NCBI GenBank assembly: GCA_026414265.1
Contig: JAOAJI010000002.1
Span: 1 to 62,576 of the forward strand
DNA: 62,576 bases
Direction of reading: 5' to 3'
From: Candidatus Micrarchaeota archaeon
Lineage (GTDB): Archaea; Micrarchaeota; Micrarchaeia; Anstonellales; SKW190
The position numbers and the translations under genes were made by a program. Below, piece by piece: positions 37,804 through 45,412 of the stretch (the stretch's first letter is position 1; each line of letters starts with the position of its first letter). Below the pieces are notes generated by a model that saw only the letters and a program-made list of their open reading frames with translations, was not told the DNA's origin and did no database searches.

Positions 37804-40110
37804 CTAATTTGAGTTTAATAAAGCATAGTCAATTATTCTTGTAAGTAATGTATTACCATTGGTATTGAGTTTACTTGCATCGCAAGTGCCTAGTGTGAGC
37901 ACGTAGCTTGGATTACTTATCGTAACATAGTTCGAATTTGAGAAATATGAAGCGATATTTTGTCCGCTCATTGCTGTATGGTAATAAATACATTGTGATG
38001 AAGTACTTATCTGGTAATTAGTATTTAAGTTGAAGTTGTTAGTTACGTAGTGGTTACTGTTTACTCTTATAGTGGTTCCTGTTATGCTATTGCCATTCCC
38101 TGTGCCTGCGTTCAAGTTTTTTATCCCGTATTCAATACCTTGTCCTAGCAATATAACGTATTTACCTAAATTCTTGAACTGATTTATAATAGGATAAAAG
38201 TTTGGATCAGAATTCTTTGAAAAGGCCATAATAACTACTTTGTAGTTTCTTATATGGTCTAGTTGATAAACGTTATTAGAAGGTATGACATCGAACTTCC
38301 AAAGAAATGTTTCATTAGAACTTTTAGTATAAAGCCAATTAATGTAGGTTTGTTCTTCTGAATTAGGTGTCCATGAATTTGTAATAAATGCAATTTCAGC
38401 ACTAACGTTGAAAGTGAATTGATAAACGTTTCCTAAGTTATTTTGACTGTCTCTGCACCTTACATATGCTACGTGATTGCCAGGTAGTAATTTTCCTGCC
38501 CCAAACGTGAAGTTTTGTACTACATTAGAATAAGTTTCACCAACAGGTGTCATGTAATACCATGTTGGATTATTGTCTAACCTAAGTTCGCAATTTGCAA
38601 TAGTAGAGTTACCTCTATTAGTATCATTAGCTGTTATGGTAATCAAAGTGAAATCTGCAGATGTAGTTCTGTTTGGCGTTGTCATGAAAAAAGTGACTTC
38701 TGGGCCTTGTGTGTCTGGTAGATATACGAAAAAACTCATTTGTGCTGAGCTTCCTGTATTCCCATAAACATCTGTACATCTAACCCTTATGATATGGTTT
38801 CCTTGAGTGAAAGGACCTGTTATATAACCAAGTGTCAAAACAGGGCTTTCTCCGTAATTCCCGCTAACTGGTTGCATGATGTTCCAAATATTTGAATTAT
38901 CTATTTCGATATGACATGAAGATATGTTTGAGTTTCCTGAATTTCTATCGTCCCCTGTGGCGTTGATAGTTATCACGTCTAAAGTATTAACAACAGATTT
39001 GTTTCTTCGTAAGTCATAAACAACAGGTCCAGTATTATCTACTATATTACCTTGAACAACGAACATTAATGTACTTGGGCTTCCAATATTGTTTTTATCA
39101 TCTGTACATCTAACTCTTAAGTAATGAACTCCAGCAGGTAAAGTGCCTAAATTATAACTAACGTTAAGTATTGGTTGGGTATCGTAACTGTATTGCAAAG
39201 GAGTCATGACATTCCATATACCTGAAAAATCAATTTCTATCTCTGCTTTTCTTATTTTTGAGTTTCCTGTAGTTCTGTCATCGCAAGTTGCGTTTGCGAT
39301 TATATTGTCAGTGTAGTTTGGTGAGGATGGAGTGATAGTTGGCAATGAAGCTACAGGTCCTTGGGTGTCAGAAACTGATGACAAAACATTTATTCTAATA
39401 GAGATAGTACATGTTCCTCTTGGATTGTCCCCTTGGATTTTAACATATCCTGTGTAGGTTCCTGGAAGAATATTAGAAGGTAAGTTAATAAATAAGGTTT
39501 TTTGAACTTGTTGATTTTGGTTCAATGAAAATGGAAATCCAGATAACGACACCAAGCTTGTTATCTGTCCGCTTAATGTATATTGAATATTATTAATTGT
39601 AGTTGCTCCTACGTTTTTAATAAAAATGTTCTGATTTGCATTTTGTCCTTGATAGAGGTTCACGTTAATTTCGTTTGGATTACATACGAGATAGTTTTCA
39701 CCAATGAAGATTGTTGAATCAGGCAATTTCTCTATAACTATGGTTTGTCTACCTTCGTTCGGTTCTATATAACCAGTTTGATTAGATAATGTATTTGCAA
39801 AGAAATCAGTTATACCGTTGCTCATCTCTACTTTCATAATAACGTATTTGTTTGAGATATTGATACTTTTTATGCCTTTAGGCAAATACACGTCAATTAC
39901 GGCTTTGCTTCCTGGTTCAAGTGAATAAACATAGTCGGAATATGAAGCTATACGATCAACCGCATTTCTTGCCATTGCTGCTTTCGAATTATCATTAGCT
40001 GAAGTCCATACGGAGTATCCTATAATTGCAATTATTGCAAGGCCTATACTGAGCATTAGTAATTGTTCTACTGCCACTTGTCCCTTACAAAAACTATAAA
40101 AACAAAACAT
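37804..40110 (-). CDS. large pilin-like adhesin: class III signal peptide, CARDB-like domain, three Ig-like repeats and a C-terminal globular domain
   Basis: The N-terminus ...CKGQVAVEQLLMLSIGLAIIAIIG is prepilin-like. Three repeats of about 105 aa span aa 248-569. The protein is very rich in N-x-S/T sequons. Confidence 0.6.
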   Translation of the reverse strand: MFCFYSFCKGQVAVEQLLMLSIGLAIIAIIGYSVWTSANDNSKAAMARNAVDRIASYSDYVYSLEPGSKAVIDVYLPKGIKSINISNKYVIMKVEMSNGITDFFANTLSNQTGYIEPNEGRQTIVIEKLPDSTIFIGENYLVCNPNEINVNLYQGQNANQNIFIKNVGATTINNIQYTLSGQITSLVSLSGFPFSLNQNQQVQKTLFINLPSNILPGTYTGYVKIQGDNPRGTCTISIRINVLSSVSDTQGPVASLPTITPSSPNYTDNIIANATCDDRTTGNSKIRKAEIEIDFSGIWNVMTPLQYSYDTQPILNVSYNLGTLPAGVHYLRVRCTDDKNNIGSPSTLMFVVQGNIVDNTGPVVYDLRRNKSVVNTLDVITINATGDDRNSGNSNISSCHIEIDNSNIWNIMQPVSGNYGESPVLTLGYITGPFTQGNHIIRVRCTDVYGNTGSSAQMSFFVYLPDTQGPEVTFFMTTPNRTTSADFTLITITANDTNRGNSTIANCELRLDNNPTWYYMTPVGETYSNVVQNFTFGAGKLLPGNHVAYVRCRDSQNNLGNVYQFTFNVSAEIAFITNSWTPNSEEQTYINWLYTKSSNETFLWKFDVIPSNNVYQLDHIRNYKVVIMAFSKNSDPNFYPIINQFKNLGKYVILLGQGIEYGIKNLNAGTGNGNSITGTTIRVNSNHYVTNNFNLNTNYQISTSSQCIYYHTAMSGQNIASYFSNSNYVTISNPSYVLTLGTCDASKLNTNGNTLLTRIIDYALLNSN
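38404..39369 (-). repeat. three tandem protein-coding repeats of about 105-110 codons inside the 768-aa pilin-like gene
   Basis: The units start D[TN][QT]GP and share ...ATxDDR(N/T)xGNSxI...EIDxSxIWNxM.P....Y...P.L.......G.HxxRVRCTDxxxNxG......F.V. They cover aa 248-352, 358-463 and 466-569. Confidence 0.8.
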
Positions 40111-40130
40111 GATAATGACTCTACATTAAC

Positions 40131-40138
40131 TTATAAAA
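40131..40138. promoter_or_regulatory. TATA-box-like element in the 53-nt divergent region between the pilin operon and the S-layer gene
   Basis: TTATAAAA lies 26 nt upstream of the ATG at 40164 and 21 nt from the minus-strand ATG at 40110. It is the only TATA-like element in the gap. Confidence 0.4.
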
Positions 40139-40163
40139 GTGTGCCTATTATTCTTCTTATGTT

Positions 40164-42431
40164 ATGAATTTATATCACAAAATGCGTGTATGCGTTATTT
40201 TTCTCACTTTATATTCAATAATTTTTTCTCAGCAGTTATTTTACAAAAATTTGGAGTTAATTGACAAAGACGGAAACATAAAAGCAGATATTATAGTTGG
40301 AGCTAATGCAAGTATTACTGACTCCATTGCTGCTATAAAAATACAGAACTTTTTGATATCTAACAGTTATAAAAAAACAAATGTACGTGCTAACTTGGTC
40401 AGCTATCCTAATGTAACTTGCAATAAAAACAACATAGGCGAATATGGTTATTATTTGATAAAGAACGCATCTGTTGAGTTCTTAGTAGAATATCATTACA
40501 AGAATTCTACATACTTCTCATTAAAAAATAGAGATTACCTGGACAATGTTACAGGTAATTATAAACTTGATACGAATCTTAACAACATAACAAACGTTCG
40601 TGATTATCTGACTGGTTATGAACTAGATGAAAAAAAACTAAGCTTATTGGCACCAAAATTAAATTCAATAGAAAACCAGAAAATAATGCAGAAAAACAAA
40701 ATGTACATAACAGCCTTTAAGGAAATTGAAACAAATGCTCTCACAATAAATAGACTCACTTACTTTATTCAACTTTATAATATCGATGAAAATCTATCTG
40801 GACTTCAGAAGTGTTTTCCTAAGTTTCGAGAAGATTATTACTATGCATATTGTAGTTTAACAAATGATAGAGACGTGTTTATAGGGAATTTAAATTTTGA
40901 GATAGAAATATTTGGTACCAAATATCAGTTATTGGATATGGCAATTCCTTTTATTAACAATCTTTCTTCAAAAAAAGACACTGTTTTTGGAGGCAAAATT
41001 GTTTTAGGAGAAAACAAATCAATCATAAAAATTTCTTCTGGTCAAAAACTAAATCTAAATAATCAATGGTATACATTTTATGTTTTTGATAACTGGGTAG
41101 ATGTAATAGCAGGCGATCAAAGCAAGTTATATTCTTTTGAAAAAGGTTTTTTGTTTAAGTTAGGCAATAACTACTTCAAGCTCGTGAACATAAGTAATAA
41201 GCAAGCAACTTTCTTTGTTTTTGATAATATCCATTATTTGAATCACAACGGTTCTTTCAAGCAATTTAGAGTATTTCTTGAATGGACAAACAATGGGCCA
41301 GAAAGATATAGGTTTTATGAGAGTAGCAGAAGAGCAGATGCTCTCAAAAGCATAATCTTGGTAGATGAAAACTCTTATCTCATTACATCTTTTCCTTATG
41401 AGTTTTATAACAACACTGGGTTGTATTTACTGAATCATGGTACTCTAAACAATTTTTTGAATATAAGTGTAATAAGAAATAACAAGAACTTAAATTTTTA
41501 TGACACAGATTGTAATCTAAAGTCAGCAAACAATTCATTTAATATTAAAATAACAACTCCTAATGGAATGACAAAAGAAATCTATTATTTTTCAGATCTA
41601 AATAGTTTTGCATTAAGGTCTTCTCACAGGACTGAAAAAAAGAACTGCACAGGTGTTGTTTCTTTAGATAATCGTTCAATAAGTATAGGTGTTGATAATG
41701 AGAGTCATATAAGCTTAATGTTAGATTTAGACAAAGGTAATGATAATCTAAAAACATTAAGTTTGGTTATTTATGACTATTCCGGTAAACTCATAGAAAG
41801 GCAAAATTTGATTGTTAATAATTCTGTTCATGATAATCTACATTCTTCATATGGGATCCAAAAGATTTTTGGTTCTAGACAGTCAGTTGAATTGAGTGTA
41901 CCAACAACATATCTACAAACAATATATTCTATATACTATTCTAAGTCAGTATTTGATTCCAAAGAGCTTACTTTAACTAATAGTTCTTACCTAATTTTAG
42001 ATAAAGATCTTATCTTCAAGATAAGAATCAATACTATGAACGAAAGATGTCAACTGAATTTATCTGAGCTTAGATGTAATTTAGTTCTTGAATCTTTCCA
42101 ACCTGTGATTGAATTCACATCTAGCGGTAATTCTTCTTACCTTAACTCTACCATAGTTTATTTTCAAAAAACAACCAAGTCAACTGATAATTCTTTTATA
42201 TACCTTGATAAAGATTATGAAAAAACAATCAAACAGAAACGAGTAAAAATAGTGATTGGTGGCTACTTTGTAAACGCTTATGCTAAAGGGATGATGAAAC
42301 TTTCAACCAACCAAAGCGTTATCCAGATAATTAATAATTCTATAATAATTGCAGGTTTTTCCAAAGACGATACAATAAGAGAAGTGGATAAATTCATTTC
42401 TTATTTAAATAGATCAATTTCGTCAGTTTAA
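40164..42431 (+). CDS. S-layer-like surface protein
   Basis: Signal peptide MRVCVIFLTLYSIIFSQQ. The N-terminal ADIIVGANASITDSIAAIKIQNFL and C-terminal KIVIGGYFVNAYA...IIIAGFSKDDT resemble the S_layer_N and S_layer_C modules of methanococcal-type S-layer proteins. Many N-x-S/T sequons. Confidence 0.55.
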   Translation: MNLYHKMRVCVIFLTLYSIIFSQQLFYKNLELIDKDGNIKADIIVGANASITDSIAAIKIQNFLISNSYKKTNVRANLVSYPNVTCNKNNIGEYGYYLIKNASVEFLVEYHYKNSTYFSLKNRDYLDNVTGNYKLDTNLNNITNVRDYLTGYELDEKKLSLLAPKLNSIENQKIMQKNKMYITAFKEIETNALTINRLTYFIQLYNIDENLSGLQKCFPKFREDYYYAYCSLTNDRDVFIGNLNFEIEIFGTKYQLLDMAIPFINNLSSKKDTVFGGKIVLGENKSIIKISSGQKLNLNNQWYTFYVFDNWVDVIAGDQSKLYSFEKGFLFKLGNNYFKLVNISNKQATFFVFDNIHYLNHNGSFKQFRVFLEWTNNGPERYRFYESSRRADALKSIILVDENSYLITSFPYEFYNNTGLYLLNHGTLNNFLNISVIRNNKNLNFYDTDCNLKSANNSFNIKITTPNGMTKEIYYFSDLNSFALRSSHRTEKKNCTGVVSLDNRSISIGVDNESHISLMLDLDKGNDNLKTLSLVIYDYSGKLIERQNLIVNNSVHDNLHSSYGIQKIFGSRQSVELSVPTTYLQTIYSIYYSKSVFDSKELTLTNSSYLILDKDLIFKIRINTMNERCQLNLSELRCNLVLESFQPVIEFTSSGNSSYLNSTIVYFQKTTKSTDNSFIYLDKDYEKTIKQKRVKIVIGGYFVNAYAKGMMKLSTNQSVIQIINNSIIIAGFSKDDTIREVDKFISYLNRSISSV

Positions 42432-42487
42432 TCTCTTTACAACTATATTAAATTAACAATTATAATTAAGTTTTTGAATTTTTGATT

Positions 42488-44326
42488 ATGGAATTTATTT
42501 TTTCAAACGTGTTTGGCGACTATTGTTCTTTATGTTCTGATTTAAAGCTTACTAGAAAGTATCACGGGCTATTTGTCTTGAAAAACCATATAAACAATCA
42601 GAGGTATGTTTTAGTACAAGGAGTTGAAGTTCCTCATTTTTTTGATAAATTAAGTTCAAACACTGAGCAAAAAATTAAAGTCAATGAAACTAATTCGAAT
42701 TTACTAATACAAGGAGATGATTTTTCATTAGATTTACAATTTGAAAGACTTGAAAGAAAAGCATCTCTTCAAATTATTCACAGTGACAATAATCTAAGAT
42801 CTCTATTACTCATAGCAAACAATAGACGTACACACGATATTTCTAGGCATCATGTTAATTTACATACTGAAAAACTAGTTCAAGAAAGCGATAATATAAT
42901 CTCATATAATATTTATTACAATATCGATAACATTAAAGATCCTGTTATTTTTAATGTAGTCTTTAGTTCAGATAATGAACTTCAAGCATCTTATCTTAAT
43001 CTAGCTTCTTCAACATACCTTAAAGAAGAAGAATTGAGAGGGTACGAATGTATTGACGTTATAAACAAACTGATTGAACTTAAATTCAAGAGTAATTTAA
43101 AAGTTGAATTAAAAGTTGCAAATAACTATGATAATTCCATTTCAAACTACCTTAAAGATGCCATAGTTGTCAACTCAGATAAATCAAAAAAATTATTAAC
43201 TAATACTAATCTTGAAAAGCATCTAGTTAGATTGTATGCTTTATTGGATTATTTATATTTTGATACAAAGGATAAAGAGTTTCGTTTATCAGCAGGTTTT
43301 CACTGGTTCGATTCATGGGGTAGAGATACTTTTATTGCACTACCAAGTTTTAGTAGGCTGTTAATTAAATTTGGGGTAATTAACAAATCTGTTATACATT
43401 CTATATTTGATTCTTATTTGTCAAGAATTAAGAATGGACTTATCCCTAATTTCATTTCTGAAAGTCCTGCATATAATTCTTCAGACGCTTCTTTATGGTT
43501 AGTCAATGCTTTTTATGAGCATTACATTAATTTTAATGATCTAGATTTCATAAGTCATAGATATCACAAGATTAAAGATATAGTGGATGGATACTTATCG
43601 TCTAATGACATAGTTTACTATGATCCTTCCGATGGGTTGATATTTACTAAGGCGCAGAGTACTTGGATGGATGCGATTGTTGACAATTGTCCAGTAACAC
43701 CAAGGGAAGGGAAGTGTATAGAGATTAACGCTTTGTTTTTGAATTCTTTAAAAATAATTTATGAGCTTGGCAAAAATTTAGGTCATGGTGTAGAAAAATA
43801 TGGTGAATATTACCAGAAAACAAGATTTTCCATGCAAAAATTTTGGAATGGTCAGTATTTAAGTGACGTTATCTATGAAGATAATTCCAGAGATGATTCC
43901 TTTCGTCCAAACCAAATAATAGCTCTTTCATTACCATTTATCAATTTTGATATTTTTTCAAAAAGTCAGTTTGTAACTGTTTTAAGTTTAATAGAACGTG
44001 AATTATTGACGCCTGTAGGCTTGAAGACATTATCTAAGAGTAGCAGTTGTTATGTCGCTACACTTAACGGAAATGTAAAACAAAAAGATAAGTGTTATCA
44101 CAATGGCGCTATTTGGCCATGGTTGTTATATCCTTATTATAAAGTGTGTAAGAAGCTTAAAAAGCAACCAAAAATTAAATTTGAAGAAATTTTTTTAGAA
44201 AATAATCAAAAGGCTTATTTACACGTAGCTGAAATATTTGATCCTACTTACTATTTTCCTGATGGTTGTATTGCACAGCTTTGGAGTGATTGTTTATTAT
44301 TGGATATACTTTTTGATCAGGTTTGA
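42488..44326 (+). CDS. glycogen debranching enzyme (archaeal type, amylo-alpha-1,6-glucosidase domain)
   Basis: YHGLF near the N-terminus, GFHWFDSWGRDTFIALP, ...WMDA and YHNGAIWPWL are typical of the GDE_C family. The ORF track starts at TTG 42482. Confidence 0.85.
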   Translation: MEFIFSNVFGDYCSLCSDLKLTRKYHGLFVLKNHINNQRYVLVQGVEVPHFFDKLSSNTEQKIKVNETNSNLLIQGDDFSLDLQFERLERKASLQIIHSDNNLRSLLLIANNRRTHDISRHHVNLHTEKLVQESDNIISYNIYYNIDNIKDPVIFNVVFSSDNELQASYLNLASSTYLKEEELRGYECIDVINKLIELKFKSNLKVELKVANNYDNSISNYLKDAIVVNSDKSKKLLTNTNLEKHLVRLYALLDYLYFDTKDKEFRLSAGFHWFDSWGRDTFIALPSFSRLLIKFGVINKSVIHSIFDSYLSRIKNGLIPNFISESPAYNSSDASLWLVNAFYEHYINFNDLDFISHRYHKIKDIVDGYLSSNDIVYYDPSDGLIFTKAQSTWMDAIVDNCPVTPREGKCIEINALFLNSLKIIYELGKNLGHGVEKYGEYYQKTRFSMQKFWNGQYLSDVIYEDNSRDDSFRPNQIIALSLPFINFDIFSKSQFVTVLSLIERELLTPVGLKTLSKSSSCYVATLNGNVKQKDKCYHNGAIWPWLLYPYYKVCKKLKKQPKIKFEEIFLENNQKAYLHVAEIFDPTYYFPDGCIAQLWSDCLLLDILFDQV

Positions 44327-44378
44327 GATTGAGGCATAAGATGTAGTATTAATAATAGTTATCTAACTATGAATTAAC

Positions 44379-45380
44379 ATGGTCTCAAATGTAGAAGAAA
44401 TTCTGAAGGAATATTCTGACCTTATAAATGCTGAAATAAGCAAGTATCTCTCTGACAAGGTTTATCCTAAATCAGTGTATCAGCCGATAAAAGACTTTCT
44501 GAATTTGGGTGGAAAAAGATTTAGACCTGCGTTGACATTGATCTCTTCTGAGATGTTTGGATTGAAAAGAGAACAAGCTCTTAAGCCAGCTATAGCCATA
44601 GAGTTGTTTCATAATTTCACATTAATACACGATGACATAGAAGACAATTCAGACATGAGAAGAGGTAAGCCCTGTATTCATAGGACTTACGGAATACCTT
44701 TAGCAATTAATGCTGGCGATGGTCTCTTTATTTTGGTCTGGGATATTCTAGCAAATTTAGATTATGATTTTGCGACAACAAAAAATGTACAAAAAGAGCT
44801 AGTAAATACCTTTAAGTATGTACTAGAAGGCCAAGGTATGGAACTTGAATGGATCACAAACAACAAATGGGAAATAGACGAAGAGGATTATTACGAAATG
44901 GTATTTGGAAAGACAGCAAGCTTAATATCTGGATCGTTGGCGATAGGTGGAATAATTGCCAAAAAAGATGAGAACACGGTAGATAAATTACGCGAGTTTG
45001 GTAAACTTATAGGCATAGCTTTTCAAATTCAAGATGACTACTTAAATTTATTTGGCAGATTTGAAGACTATAAGAAAGAAATAGGAGGAGACATAAGCGA
45101 AGGTAAAAGGACGCTTATGACAATTCATGCGATGAAGAATTTGAGCCAAAATGATTCAAGAGAATTGAAATCAATACTTTCAAAAAAGACCAAGGACCAA
45201 AAAGAAATAGTAAGAGCAATTTCTCTGATAGAAAAAGCAGAAAGTCATATTTACGCTAAAAACAGGGCACAGAATATGATAAACGAAGCTTTAAAAATAG
45301 CTGATATATATTTTCCCAAGAACGTTTATAGAGACAGGTTAATCAGTATATCAAAGTACCTAATAAACCGTAAACAATGA
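44379..45380 (+). CDS. idsA: geranylgeranyl diphosphate synthase (trans-polyprenyl synthetase)
   Basis: FARM motif LIHDDIEDNSDMRRG and SARM motif FQIQDDYLN, plus GGKRFRP. Confidence 0.9.
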   Translation: MVSNVEEILKEYSDLINAEISKYLSDKVYPKSVYQPIKDFLNLGGKRFRPALTLISSEMFGLKREQALKPAIAIELFHNFTLIHDDIEDNSDMRRGKPCIHRTYGIPLAINAGDGLFILVWDILANLDYDFATTKNVQKELVNTFKYVLEGQGMELEWITNNKWEIDEEDYYEMVFGKTASLISGSLAIGGIIAKKDENTVDKLREFGKLIGIAFQIQDDYLNLFGRFEDYKKEIGGDISEGKRTLMTIHAMKNLSQNDSRELKSILSKKTKDQKEIVRAISLIEKAESHIYAKNRAQNMINEALKIADIYFPKNVYRDRLISISKYLINRKQ

Positions 45381-45397
45381 CCAAAAACTAACAGAAC

Positions 45398-45406
45398 TTT
45401 TATAAA
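45398..45406 (+). promoter_or_regulatory. TATA-box-like element upstream of the 890-aa ORFan
   Basis: TTTTATAAA lies 18 nt after the idsA stop. An AAGGTG SD at 45431-45436 is followed by an in-frame TTG at 45443. Confidence 0.35.
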
Positions 45407-45412
45407 CTTCTT

